From Eledone cirrhosa (taxonomy: Eukaryota), in NCBI GenBank assembly GCA_964016885.1, contig OZ024762.1, positions 19,530,001 through 19,594,000 of the forward strand: a stretch of 64,000 nucleotides of DNA, read 5' to 3'. The position numbers and the translations under genes are program-made. Below are positions 49,400-64,000 of this stretch, in pieces. The notes beneath the pieces are model-generated. The model was not told where the DNA came from, did no database searches, and saw only the letters and a list, made by a program, of their open reading frames with translations. Position 1 is the first letter of the stretch; each line of letters starts with the position of its first letter.

Positions 49400-50612
49400 G
49401 GATTAGTAGTTGAGGGTGTCGGACTCACTGTTATTGGAAGATTGTAGGTCCAGTTCCTTGAACAGACAATGTGTTGTGTTCTTGAGAAAATAGTTTATTT
49501 CATATTGTTCTTTCTGCCATGAGTTGCAACAGATAGTGTCAGCAATGGAAAGACTAATGGAAACATTGTTTCCTTGGACTGATCAACCAGGCATTGTTAC
49601 TAACAGATAGTATCAGCAATGGAAAGACTAATGGAAACATTATTTCCTTGGTCTAACCTACCAAAAGTTGCAACTGGTAGATAGTATCAGCAATGGAAAG
49701 GCTAATGGAAACATTGTCTCCTTGGTCTAATCTGATAATCAACTCTTTTCTTCTGTCAGGGATCGTGACTAATAGAAACCAATAGAAACATTGTCTCCTT
49801 GGTCTGATCTGCCACAAGTTGTAACTAACAGATAGTGTCGGCAATGGAAAGACTAATGAAAACATTCTCCTTGGTCTGATATGCCAGAAGTTGTTACTAG
49901 TAGGTAGAATCAGCAATTTTAAAGACTAATGGAAACATTGTCTCCTTGGTCTAATCTGATAATCAACTCTTTTCTTCTGTCAGGGATTGTGACTGACAGA
50001 TAGTGTCAGCAATGGAAAGACCAATGGAAACATTATGTTCTATGCCTGATCTGATGATCAGCTCCTTTTTATTTCTGCTACTAGTCTGACAGATAGTTCC
50101 TGCAATAGAAAGACCAACGGAAACATTGTTCCCTTGGTCCGATCTGGTGATCAGCTCTTTTTCTGCCAGATCTTATGAATCAACAGATAGTATCAGCAAT
50201 GAAAAGACTAATAGAAACATTGTTTCCTTGGTCTGATTTGATGATCAACACTTTTCTTCTGCCAGGAGTTGTGACCAACAGATAGTATCTGTGATGGAAA
50301 GGTTAATGAAAACATTGTTTCCTTGGTTTGATTTGATAATCAACGCTTTTCTTCTGCCAGGAGTTGTGACTGACTGATAGTGTCAGAAATAAAAAGACTT
50401 ATAGAAACATTATTTCTTTGGTCTGATCTGATAATCAGATCTTTTTTTACTGCCACAAGTTGCGACTGGTAGATAATAGAAAGTAATAGAAAGATGATAA
50501 ACGTCAGTAATAGAAAGACTAATAGAAACTTTGTTTGTTTGGTCTGATCTGATGATCAGCTTCTGGCAGGAGTTGAAACTGTCAGAAAGTATCTGCAATG
50601 AAAAGATTAATG
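49400..50612 (+). repeat. SINE-like head followed by a degenerate ~70-100 bp tandem array
   Basis: gatagtatcagcaatggaaagactaatggaaacattgtctccttggtctgatctg units; single-unit relative at ~52160-52325. Confidence 0.8.
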
Positions 50613-50700
50613 GATGAGAATAGAGCTAGTGATGGCTGCTATGAAGAGAAATGGAGTGAGATGGTTGGGTCATGTACACATCATCATCGTCATCACCACC

Positions 50701-50734
<34 letters not shown>

Positions 50735-50970
50735 TATGTCTATATTTTTCTGTGTTTGCATGAGTTGAACAGGTCTTTTCCAGCACAGATTCCTTCCTTT
50801 AATGAACAGACAGGGTGATAGCTAGACAAATTGATAAATAGATAGACAGTTAGGTAGATAAAAACTGACCAGCTTTTCTCCGAAATATCTGATTGAATAC
50901 ACATACGTTTTTTCTTCTCCTTCCTCTTCTCGCTCTTTCTCTTTCTGTTTCATCTCTTATTTCTCATTCT

Positions 50971-51008
50971 ATCTTCTGATGAAGGACTAGTGTCCGAAAC
51001 GTTAAAAC
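50971..51008 (+). ncRNA. Minimal Penelope-type hammerhead motif (H5; stem I weak)
   Basis: CTGATGA-a ggac tagt gtcc-GAAACGTTA with palindromic AACGTT. Confidence 0.65.
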
Positions 51009-51965
51009 TATTTTACTCCTACATCAAGAGTTGAAGTAATATAATTCTTCATCGTACTGTGCCGTTTGCTTTGTTATTTCTGTTTACTTTTTGCATACAT
51101 GTATATGTAGATATATATCCATCTATTTCACTACTGACCATCCTGGGAATACGGTTGTGAGGCTGGGGCAGGGAAGAAGATATCAAATATACCATTTTCC
51201 AAACAAATTTGCAACAAAGTGGTTGTCATATGACACTTGCATTTTATTATAATGATATATATATATATATATGTGTGTGTGTGTCATACATACCCATACA
51301 TACATTGCACAATTCCAGTCAATAGTTAGTAAGTAGTAAGATAGCTTATTTTCACAGTTGTGTATTATATTATATTCAATAGTAGAAAAAGAAGAGGAAG
51401 AAGAAGGCAAAGAAGAAGAATGTTACAAAAGATTTAGATTTATTCCTAGTATCAAGCATGATTTGGAAGTGAATGTTTTCCATCAAATTGGTCTGTAGCA
51501 TAGAAATTTAAGTGACAACCAATGTTGTTATAATGGAAAGCCATTTCGAAGGCCGTTTTCGAAAATGTCTTATTTCTATTGCTATCGTTAGCTTAGGTTT
51601 GCTTAGATTATTTTTATGCCACCTCACTTTCAGCCTATAACAACAAATATCTTTTCAGATTGTGTGCATACAGATAGTCTATAGTGTACGCAGTAGCCAC
51701 ACCGAAGCAGAAATGGCAAGGAAATAAACATCAACTTTTCATATCCTGTAATAATTTAGTAGAAAATATTTCAAAATGGGTTTGTTAATTCAAGTGATTG
51801 TAATATCTGTACTGGAAGACACAATGTTGTAGAAATTTACCGTAAACTAAAGACTTTAATTTTTAATATTCAGCAGTCATAGTGTTGTTTTGTGGTTTTT
51901 TTCAGGTATGCCTCGCTAATGTAGTTTCATGTGAATGGTTATTTCAAATGTTTATAGTATATTTA

Positions 51966-52147
51966 TAATTGTTTCTACGTTAGGCACAAGGCCAGCAATT
52001 ACCCAGTGCATTACTGGTACTTTATTTTATCGACCCCGTAAGGATGAAAGGCAAAGTCAACCTCGGCGGGATTTGAACTCAGATCGTAAAGGGACGTAAC
52101 TATGCTGGAAAGCATGGCGTCCAACCCTCTATCGATACTGCCAATCC
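51966..52147 (-). mobile_element. SINE family B
   Basis: Homology to other copies. Confidence 0.9.
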
Positions 52148-52880
52148 TATAATGTGTGTGGCTTAGAGAATTGAGTGAGATAATTGAATTTACAATTGTG
52201 AGGTCATGAGTTCAATTCCTGGACCAGCTGATGTGTTATATCCTTGAGCAAGGCACTTTATTTCACGTTGCTCTTTCTGCCAGGAGTTGCAACTGGTAGA
52301 CGAATGGAAACATTGTTTCCTTGTGTGTGTGACAGCTCACACCTATGCAGGTTTAGCTGGCCTCTTCCAAGCTATACCTCGTTGGAGGTGTCTTGGGTAA
52401 TTTAATGATAGGGACCCCAGTCGTATCATCTCATTTCTACAGCTGAGTAAACTGGAGCAATGTGAAATAAAGTGTCTTGCTCAAGCAAACAACACATCAC
52501 CCGGTCCGAGAATTGAACTCACAACCTTTCGATTGCAAGGCCAATGCTCTAACAACTACGCCATGCGCCTTCACATTGTTTCCTTGTGTGTGTGTGTGTG
52601 TGTGTTCCTTTCCTTGGTCCGATATGACAAGCCCCACCCTACTCAGGAAGGGAATAAGGTCTGTAATCTAGCTAGTCCATTGTCATCTCATCTCACAAGT
52701 CGACAGATTGTTGTCAAGATTTGCATTATTAGAATTTTTAAAAAATCAGTTTTCAATGTGATGTAGTTGTAATGCTGTTTTGTACTTTCAAGAATGTCTT
52801 GCTAATGTGGTTTTATGTCATTTGTTAATTCAAATGCTGATAATATATTTACTAGTGGACACATTATTGTGAAAATGTAT

Positions 52881-53103
52881 CCCTCTAGCATTTAAACTGG
52901 CCATATCCGGCCAGAATTTTCTCACCTCTTTCAGTTCAAACCGGTCATAATTAGCTGCTCGCACCTACGTTAAGGTATTGTTCTCAAATTAAATAATATC
53001 AAAATCTCATAGATTCAATATGATATGAGATGTTATGTGAGGTAAAGCCTTTTCTGTGAAAATGCAATAGTAAATATAGAATAATGTGAATGCTAAAGGG
53101 TTA
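52881..53103. mobile_element. piggyBac-type MITE P1
   Basis: ccctctagcatt...aatgctaaagggtta. Confidence 0.85.
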
Positions 53104-53164
53104 TAGTAAACTAAAGTTAATCCTTTGAATTTTAATATGATGCAGCCATAGTGTTGCTTTATAC

Positions 53165-53414
53165 CAGTCATGGGCAGCCTAAGTGAAATCTTTCTGATTT
53201 TTTTACCCCAACTTTTCAGTCATAAATTTTCTTTCTATCATTTTTACGATCGAGGAAAACAATGTGTACGAATTCTGAAGAAACAAATCAAAACTACCTG
53301 AGTTACCACCCTCTTTTTAATGTGGGCACGGATGTAAATTAGCGCTTGCGGCCTGCCTGATGATGAACCATATCTCGTGTGGCCCAGCTTCTTGAAAAAG
53401 TTTGTCCATACCTG
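53165..53414 (-). mobile_element. hAT MITE
   Basis: Reverse copy of 19049-19339; TSD ctttatac/ttttatac. Confidence 0.88.
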
Positions 53415-53477
53415 TTTTATACTTTTCAAGAATGTCTTGCTAATGTGGTTTCATATCGTTTGATAATCCAATTGTTT

Positions 53478-53793
53478 ATCATCATCATCATCATCATTTC
53501 ATTTTACGGGAACTGATTCTGGCTTGATTTCTACAGTTGCATGCCCTTCCTAACACCAATCTCATTTACAGTGAGTGCTGGGTGCTTTTTTGCCGTGGCA
53601 CCTCCACGACCACTTTGCAGTGGAATGATATGGATCCCAGTCCCTATCATCTTATTTCTACAGCTGAGTAAACTGGAGCAATGTGAAATAAAGTGTCTTG
53701 CTCAAGGAAACAACACATCACCCGGTCTGAGAATTGAACTCACAACCTTTCGATTGCAAGGCCAATGCTCTAACCACTAAGCCATGTGCCTCC
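53478..53793 (-). mobile_element. SINE family A
   Basis: Homology to other copies. Confidence 0.9.
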
Positions 53794-54464
53794 ATATAGT
53801 ATCTTGTATATAGATTGTTCTGCAGTATTAGAGTAAAGAGTTTGATTTTTAATCAGAGTGCCGTATTTTACTTTCCAAAAATGTTTTGGTGATGTGGTTC
53901 CATGTGGTTTGTTAATTCAAATGTTTTTAGTACCTTGGACATAATTTGTTGTGCAGTATTCGAGTAAAGACTTTAAATTTTAATGTGATAGAGTAAAGTA
54001 AAGACTTTAGATTTTAATGTCATACTGCTGTTTTTTACTTTACAAAAATGTCTTGGCAATGTGGTTTTATGTGGTTTGTTAATTCAAATGTTATTTATTG
54101 TGCAGTATTCGAGCAAAGACTTTAATTTTTAATGTGATACAGTCATAGTGCTGTTTTATACTTTCCAAAAATCTCTTGGTAATGAGTTCCATGTGGTACG
54201 GGGTGTTAAAAGTGAAGCTATTCTTTCTTAATTCAACCAATTAAATGAGATTGAAAAAGAAGCATAATATATCAAATATGTGAATGAAAAGTATTGGATT
54301 CTTAACACGGAAGCAAATGCCTGTCTTTTAAAAATGGCAATAGACTTCACTGCTTTTAGATATGAGCAGAAGAAACATAAAAGAGTTCCTATTGACAAGA
54401 AATAACAACAATCCACACAGGAATTTGAAAGCAGAGCATATGTGTATGTATATATATATATATA

Positions 54465-54499
<35 letters not shown>

Positions 54500-54657
54500 G
54501 CATATACACACACACATACAATTGTATATATAAATTATGATTTATATACACACACATGTGTACGTATAGACATACATATATATGTATAGATATTGGAAAA
54601 CGGATGTAAAAACGATGATGATGATGATATATATGTATATATATTATATATATATAT

Positions 54658-54720
<63 letters not shown>

Positions 54721-54901
54721 TAAATATATATATACACATATCTATATATATATACACACACATATATATATATATATATACACATATATATATAGATATA
54801 TATACACATATATATATATACATACATATATATATATATATATACACACTTATATATACATACACATATACATATATATATATATGTATATAATAAATAC
54901 A

Positions 54902-54939
<38 letters not shown>

Positions 54940-54943
54940 CCCT

Positions 54944-55038
<95 letters not shown>

Positions 55039-55211
55039 TCTGTTGGATTAAATTGAAGAGAAAGATATTTTTCCATTTTATCATGGTGAAAGAAAGAGAG
55101 GGAGAGAGAGAGAGACAGAGAGAGAGAGAGAGCTTAAGACTGACATAAAATTTATTTTTATTCCCACATGTCTGTGACTCTACATAACCACTTATTTATA
55201 TATTATGTGTA

Positions 55212-55254
<43 letters not shown>

Positions 55255-55562
55255 TTACATATATATATTCAATTTTAGACTCATCTACTAAAATACAGCT
55301 ATTAAAATGTCTCTTCTCTCATCTGTCCCCGCTTGTCTCTTTCATCTTTCCTCTCTCTTCACAGACATGTATAACTGAAACATATTTCTCAGGGAGATTC
55401 AGCATGACATTGTGTGTGATTAAGCTGATTCTTTGAATTACAGGTACGACAAATAAAGTGGCTATCTTAAGGACACAACACACTGCCGAGTCAAGGAATT
55501 GAACTCACAACTTTACACTCTAATGAGTAAGCCATGAGCCTTCACCCTTGGACAATGTATAT

Positions 55563-56482
55563 ATAGTGTTTTCTGCTTGTGTCCGCTCCGCCATGCTTCA
55601 TGGCAGTGAGACATGGGCTCCGAGTGCCTCAGATCTGCAACAGCTCAGGTGAAATGATCGTGCCGTGATTAGGTGGATCTCTGGTGCCAAATTGAAAGAT
55701 GAGACCCCCTCAACCGTGCTCCATCTGAAGCTGGGTGAGGATGAGATCACTGCCTGTCTTTCGCACACAACGTCTCCGTTGGTATGGACATGTACAGCGA
55801 GCCTCGTCATCCATCAACTCCATCACTCACTTGCCAATCCCTGGCACTAGAGATCGCGGCAGACCAAGGAAGAAGCATGCTCCACCAGAAGCTGGGTGAG
55901 GATGAGATCACTGCCTGTCTTTCGCACACAACGTCTCCGTTGGTATGGACATGTACAGCGAGCCTCGTCATCCATCAACTCCATCACTCACTTGCCAATC
56001 CCTGGCACTAGAGATCGCGGCAGACCAAGGAAGAAGCATGCTCCACCAGAAGCTGGGTGAGGATGAGATCACTGCCTGTCTTTCGCACACAACGTCTCCG
56101 TTGGTATGGACATGTACAGCGAGCCTCGTCATCCATCAACTCCATCACTCACTTGGCAATCGCGGCAGACCAAGGAAGACATGGTTGGAGGAGTGCGTGA
56201 AGAGTGATTTGTATAAATGGAACTTGGCCGGTGTCGATACTGTGGACAGAAATTCATGGAGAGCGGCTGTGAGACATTGCCTGGCGTTGCCTACGTCAGA
56301 GTCCACGACAACCGCGGCACCCTAAAGCCCAAAACTGGATATGGATGGATGGATCGATGGATGGAAAAATCAGTTCTGTATGAGCAAGATATGGTCACCT
56401 GATCTTGCATTGCCCACAACAGGACAACTCGTCTAACCCATGCTTGTCTAGAAAATAGACATAAAACGGTGATGATGATGAT
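55563..56482 (+). pseudogene. RTE LINE 3' fragment (different subfamily) with a 161-bp internal triplication
   Basis: MLHGSETW, IRWI, WYGHV, RGRPRKTW, DRNSWR; repeats start at 55727, 55888 and 56049. Confidence 0.92.
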
Positions 56483-56892
56483 AAATAGGTGTAATGTTCT
56501 GTTTCAAAGAATTTCTCCCAAAGTTCTTGAAATACACAACCTTACAATGATGAACCGAACACATTAACCACAAAGCCAATGAACCTTCACCTTTGTCCAA
56601 TGTATATTGATAGAAATAAATAGGTGTAATGTCCTCGTTTCAGAGAATTTCTTTAAAAGTTCTGAAAATATACCAGCTTTAGTCTGAAGAGAATTTAATC
56701 CTGTCCCCCCCCCCCCCTTTTTTTTTTTTTTTTTTTTTAAAATAAAAATAGTTTTGTAGCAAAAAAGTCTAAAGATAATTCTTCAATGCTTTGCACTAAC
56801 TTTGGTGCAGAGTCAGGCAGGTCGTCAAAGGAATTCTTTAAATATAACATATTTAAAAAAAAAATGTAATATAGAGCTTACTTTTCAAATTG

Positions 56893-57870
56893 ATGTGTGT
56901 GTTTATATGTGTGTGTATGTGTATGTCTATTTATGTGTGTCTATGTATGTCTATTTATGTGTCTGTGTATGTCTGTTTATGTGTGTCTGTGTATGTCTGT
57001 TTGTGTGTGTCTGTGTATGTGTATGTCTATGTGTGTATGTGTATGTCTGTTTATGTGCGTATGTGTATGTCTATGTGTGTATGTGTATGTCTGTTTATGT
57101 GTGTATGTGTATGTCTATATTTATGTGTGTCTGTGTATGTCTGTTTATGTGTGTCTGTGTATGTCTGTTTATGTGTGTGTCTGTTTATGTGTGCATTATT
57201 GTAGGTATATGGCATTTGATGTTTGTGTGTGTGTGTACATTATTGTAGGTATGTATGTGACATTTGATGTGTGTGTTTGTGTGTGTGTGTATGTATGCAT
57301 GTGTATATATGTATGTATGTGTCTGTGTGTGTACCTTATTGTAGGTATATGGCATTTGATGTGTGTGTTTGTTTGTATGTGTGTATGTTAATGCATGTAT
57401 GTGTTTATGTGTGTGCACATTATTGTAGATATAAGGCATTTGATGTGTTTGTGTGTATGTTTGTGTGTCTGTGTTTATATGTGTGCGTACACATTGTAGA
57501 TATGTGAGATATATTGTGTATGATGTGTAAACTGTATGTATGTGTGTATGCCATGTCTGTGTGTGTGTTATGTGCTGTATATTAGTGATGTGTGTGTGAG
57601 TGTGCATGTGTGTGTGTGTAACGTGTGTATTAGATGTGTGTGTGTGCATGTGTGGTATGTATTATGTGGCGTGTGTGGTATGTATTATGTGTGTGTGTGT
57701 GGTATGTATTACGTGTGTGTGTGGTATGTATTATCTGGTGTGTGTGTGTGGTATGTATTACGTGTGTGTGTGGTATGTATTATCTGGTGTGTGTATATTA
57801 GGTAGTACGTTCCTGATTCTGTGTGTGTGTGGTATGTACTACAAAGCATGTGTGTGTGTGTGTGTGTGTG
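56893..57870. repeat. TG-rich low complexity
   Basis: Direct reading. Confidence 0.95.
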
Positions 57871-58151
57871 GCTTTGTTTGTTTCACCTATATTTCCAAGT
57901 TACAAGCATAAAAAGGAAATTTAAAAAGGAAATGTATAAATGTGAAAAACTAAAAAAAAAGATAAAAAATAAAATAAGGAAATAAAATAAAATATAAAAA
58001 AAAAAAATTGAAATAAAGCAGAAATCAAACAAAAATATTGGTCTTTGATTCACGGGGATTGATTTTAACATGTTCGTGCTTGAATCCTGGTCTGTTCATG
58101 GAAGTGTGTTGGTAACTTATGTGGTACAGTTTCTCCAGTGGAAATTGGTCT

Positions 58152-59120
<969 letters not shown>

Positions 59121-59214
59121 AGCAAAAGTTAAACAAGGTTCATTGATTAATCAATGAATATAGTTTTACAATAGATTAGAAGCACTCAACAAAAACAGTT
59201 TTCTGGGGTTATAT

Positions 59215-59388
59215 ATTCAAAATATTAATAAATATAGACATTCAACGTAATCAAAATATATTTTATTATATATATTTTGGAGGTACTGTGCTGAGGATGT
59301 ACTGAAAGAACAGCACAGTACCTCTGAAATATATATAATAAAATATATTTTGATTACGTTGAATGTGTATATTTATTAATATTTTGAA

Positions 59389-59389
<1 letters not shown>
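59215..59389. repeat. 79-bp-arm inverted repeat made of the 3' half of an H2-related hammerhead element
   Basis: Arms 59215-59293 and 59311-59389; contains GAAA-tatata-TA-ataaaatatat. Confidence 0.9.
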
Positions 59390-59440
<51 letters not shown>

Positions 59441-59517
59441 AAGAGATAATATGTGTTTATGTAGGTATATATGCATACATACATCTCTCTCTCTTTATAT
59501 GCATATATATATATATA

Positions 59518-59850
59518 TCATCATTCATCATCATTTCATTTTACGTCCGCTTTTTCCCTGCTTGCAAGGGTGGGACGGGAACTGATTCTTGCTTGATTTC
59601 TACAGCTGGATGCCCTTCCTAACACCAACCTCATTTAACAGTGAGTGCTGGGTGCTTTTTTGCCATGGCACCTCCATGACCACTTTGCAGTGGAATGATA
59701 GGGACCCCAGTCCCTATCATCTCATTTCTACAGCTGAGTAGACTGGAGCAATGTGAAATAAAGTGTCTTGCTCAAGGAAACAACACATCACCCGGTTTGA
59801 GAATTGAACTCACAACCTTTCGATTGCAAGGCCAATGCTCTAACCACTAA
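59518..59850 (-). mobile_element. SINE family A
   Basis: Homology to other copies. Confidence 0.92.
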
Positions 59851-59905
59851 ATATATATATATACGATATATTAACAAATGGAAACTATATTTATAAAACC
59901 ATATT

Positions 59906-59970
59906 TATTTCATTATACATATTTCAAGGACACCAAGTTAAATTATGGTGTGCTTTCATCATATAAAATA
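59906..59970 (-). ncRNA. H2 hammerhead copy with mutated core (ATGATGA)
   Basis: Identical to 490-554 except at the C3 position (59962). Confidence 0.6.
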
Positions 59971-60081
59971 TAATATAGATCAGTTTTATAAATAAATATT
60001 GACATACCCTTAAAGAATGCGGCCATTTCTGTTGGAAGCTCCTGTAACTAAATACAGTAATACAGTTCATCTGACACAGCG

Positions 60082-60322
60082 ATTCTGCCAATCCACCGCC
60101 CTCATAATAAATAGAAGGGTTTCTGATTTAGGCTCAACACCAACAGGGAAAGTTGATTAAATGTACCCCAGTGCATTACTGGTATTTCATTTTATTGACC
60201 CTGTAAGAATGAAAGGTAAAGTTAACCTTGGCAGAATTTGAACTCAGATCATAAAGAGCCATAACTCTATGTTGCAAAGCATGTTGTCTGGCGCTCTACC
60301 GATACTGCCAATCCACCGCCCT
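60082..60322 (-). mobile_element. SINE family B
   Basis: Homology to other copies. Confidence 0.85.
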
Positions 60323-60699
60323 AGTAGTAGTAGTAGTAGTAATACTAATAATAATAATAATAATAATGATTTTTTTTTTATTTTAATAATAATAGTAATA
60401 ACAAACATAAGAATAAAGCAGATAATTTGCATATGAAATAAAATTTAGTATTTACAAATTCTATATATCTTTCAAGCATGGCTGGTTACATTGATCAGTT
60501 TTTCCTGGGAAGATGACCTTTATTTTCATGTTTTTTCAAAAATAATGCCATTTATATTGGAGATACATTCCATCATAGAGCCATGCTGTCTTTTGACATA
60601 ATAGAATATATACATCAATGGAGAATTTTATGTGGAATGATATATATAGAGAGTGAAGAAAATTGTCATTATTTATATGGTTTTGTATACAGTTATATA

Positions 60700-60702
60700 T
60701 GG

Positions 60703-60776
<74 letters not shown>

Positions 60777-60791
60777 ATATAAATGTAAATG

Positions 60792-60824
<33 letters not shown>

Positions 60825-60912
60825 GTAGTTACATACTGATTTTTTATATAGATAGATATATATTAGAGTTACATTTGATTTTATTTGTATATATATAGAT
60901 ATAACTATATAA

Positions 60913-60969
<57 letters not shown>

Positions 60970-61069
60970 CACATACATATATAGTTACATATGGTTTTAT
61001 ATATATATGTAGTTATATACGTAAGCAATATTGTTTTTCTTTGCAAATTTTCTTGGCACATTCGATTAT

Positions 61070-61112
<43 letters not shown>

Positions 61113-61184
61113 GATGTAATTATTTCTCTGTAGGTGTATGCATATGCATGAGTGTGTATATATATATATATTTGTGGGTATCTT

Positions 61185-61247
<63 letters not shown>

Positions 61248-61570
61248 TCAAATATATATATGTGTATATATGCACAAACATGCACACGCACACACATGCA
61301 CACACATATATGCGTTGTTTTCTTGCATTTATGTTGATTACTGCGCGTGCTGTTTAGAAACAATCTATGTAATTAGACGATATGTTTCATGGTAAAACCT
61401 ATTTATCATCAAGATGGAGATTTGGTTGGGGTTCTGTGAATTGATCACTTACAGTATTTTTACTTGTTCATAGTCTTTCTATTATACTTTTCCCTCTGTA
61501 TATATATATAAATATAAATATAAATAAATAAATATATATATATATATATGTATGTAAGTATGTATATACT

Positions 61571-61604
<34 letters not shown>

Positions 61605-61695
61605 CGCACACATATACATATTTATACATATATGTGTATATACATATATATATATTTACACACACACACACCTACACATATATATATACATATAC

Positions 61696-61728
<33 letters not shown>

Positions 61729-61881
61729 TATATATATATACACATATACCTATACATATATATACATATATACACATACATATATACACATATATATATA
61801 CATACATACACATATACACATACATATATATACATATATACACATATATGCAAACACACATATATATACACATACACACAT

Positions 61882-61914
<33 letters not shown>

Positions 61915-62360
61915 CACACATACTCATACATATATACACATATATATATGCATATATACACATATATACAAATACACACACACACATACACCCACACACA
62001 TATACACATATATATATACATATACATATATATATATATACACACACACACACATATATATATATACACATATACCTATACATATATATACATATATACA
62101 CATACATATATACACATATATATATACATACATACACATATACACATACACATATATATATATACATATATACACATATATACAAACACACACATATATA
62201 TATACATATATAGACATACACACATATATATATACATATATACACACATACTCATACATATATACACATATATATATGCATATATACACATATATACAAA
62301 CACACACACACACACACACACCCACACACCCACACCCACACACATATATATATGTATGTA
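60700..62360. repeat. TA/CA microsatellite field
   Basis: Direct reading. Confidence 0.95.
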
Positions 62361-62593
62361 TATTTGGGTATATCTGTCAGTGCTTCTGCATAAGTCTCTC
62401 CCTTTATACATGCTTATTGTTCAGCTTGATGAGAAAAATATTAATATGGAAGTCAGCCATGTTTACTAGGAGATCTAGTGGTTAGAGTGTTCGGCTTATA
62501 TTCACAATGTAGTGGGTTTGATTCTTCTTGGAGCAGATTGTGTGGTGTTGTGTTCCCCCTGTGTCTGAATATATATATATATATATATATATA

Positions 62594-63167
62594 GGAGGCA
62601 CATGGCTTAGTGGTTAGAGCATTGGCCTTGCAATCAGACCGGGTGATGTGTTGTTTCCTTGAGCAAGACACTTTATTTCACATTGCTCCAGTTTACTCAG
62701 CTGTAGAAATGAGATGATAGGGACTGGGGTCCATATCATTCCACCGCAAAGTGGTCGTGGAGGTGCCACGGGGAAAAAAAGCACCCAGCACTCACTGTAA
62801 ATGAGGTTGGTGTTAGGAAGGGCATCCAGCTGTAGAAATCAAGCCAGAATCAGTTCCCGTCCCACCCTTGCAAGCAGGGAAAAAGCGGATGTAAAATGAA
62901 ATGATGATGATATATATATATATATTATATGTATGGAGGCACATGGCTTAGTGGTTAGAGCATTGGCCTTGCAATCGAAAGGTTGTGAGTTCAATTCTCA
63001 GATTAGTGTATGTGTTGTTTCCTTGAGCAAGACACTTTATTTCACATTGCTCCAGTTTACTCAGCTGTAGAAATGAGATGATAGAGACTGGGGTCCCTAT
63101 CATTCCACTGTAAGCTGGTCGTGGAGGTGCCACGGCAAAAAAGCACCCAGGACTCACTGTAAATGAA
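62594..63167 (+). mobile_element. Two tandem SINE A copies (62594-62910 and 62935-63167)
   Basis: ggaggcacatggcttagtggttagagc heads. Confidence 0.93.
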
Positions 63168-63262
63168 GAATAGATTAAAGGCTGCTGCTTGAATATTTAG
63201 AGATCTAAGCAAGTTCTACAATGCCCACACCATCTCCCATTTATACATCCCAAATAAATTAT

Positions 63263-63491
63263 TTAACCCTTTAACATTCAAACCGGCTGTATCCGGCCAG
63301 AATTCTCTCATCTCTTTCTGTTCAAACTTTCTGTAACCGGCCACTCCTACTGACGTTAAGGTATTGTTCTCAAAATAAATAATATCAAAATTTCGTAGAT
63401 TCAATATTATGTGAGATAATTACGTGAGGTAAAGCCTTTACCATGAAAATACAAGAGTAAATATAGAATAATGTAAATGCTAAAGGGTTAA
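63263..63491. mobile_element. piggyBac-type MITE P1
   Basis: TTAA-ccctttaacatt...aatgctaaaggg-TTAA. Confidence 0.92.
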
Positions 63492-63569
63492 TACATGCTT
63501 ATTGCGCAGTTTGATGAGAAAAATATTAATATGGAATTCAACCATGTTTACTAGAAAGCCTAGTGTAAA

Positions 63570-64000
63570 TCCATGGTCTAGTGGTTAGGGTATTGGTCTT
63601 ATGATCGCAATGTGGTGGGTTTGATTCTTCCTGGACCTGGTCGTGTTGTGTTGTGTTCTTGAGCAAAACACTTCATGGACTCTCTCTCACTCTCAGTCGC
63701 TTAACACCATGGAAACTCGGATAAACTTGATGAACTTCTAGGCTTGAGACTAGTGAAGGCCGATGGCCCAGAGGATAGGTGGTTCAACTTATGATTATAA
63801 TGTGGTGGGTTCGATTCCTGGGCTGGGTTTTGTCCTGCGTCCTTGAGCAAAACACTTCATTTCACATTGCTCCAGTATACTCAGCTGTGGTAAAGGTTTT
63901 GGACTTGATAATGTTGTGGGTTCGATTCCTGGGCTGGGTTGTGTCCTGTGTCCTTGAGCAAAACACTTCATTTCACATTGCTCCAGCATTTCACATTGCT
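63570..64000 (+). mobile_element. SINE family C fragments with a duplicated B-box/CORE segment
   Basis: ggttcgattcctgggctggg...ccttgagcaaaacacttcatttcac occurs twice. Confidence 0.75.

Noticed and set aside
49520-50612. Possible tandem hammerheads (GAAAGACCAA...TTGGTCT-at-CTGATGA)
   Set aside because: Only 2-3 nt lie between the putative cleavage site and CTGA, so no stem I can form; the core is often CTGATAA and there is no consistent stem II.
55424-55450. Second AG|GT motif (ttacag|gtacga)
   Set aside because: Weak pyrimidine tract, and it abuts a SINE fragment.
62594-62670. tRNA genes at SINE A/B/C heads
   Set aside because: They continue into SINE bodies and lack complete cloverleafs.

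Overview
AT-rich animal genomic DNA, almost entirely repetitive. The SINE, LINE and microsatellite content strongly resembles an octopod/coleoid cephalopod, which is an inference. No host protein-coding gene can be supported; nearly all listed ORFs are translations of (TA)n, (CA)n, (GGT)n or (CT)n tracts. Recognisable content: 5'-truncated RTE-clade LINE fragments whose RT carries an in-frame C4HC3 PHD-type finger; at least three tRNA-derived SINE families; TTAA-flanked piggyBac-type MITEs; a hAT MITE; a non-autonomous Helitron; and many minisatellites built from TE fragments. The most striking hidden signal is about 12 type I hammerhead-ribozyme motifs from about five short non-coding repeat families. 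They show stem covariation, sit mostly inside (TA)n tracts, and several form long palindromes, consistent with Penelope-like or retrozyme elements. Also noted: a strong orphan AG|GT splice motif, a near-perfect CTCF motif, a paired POU octamer, and a tRNA-like fold with a GGA anticodon.
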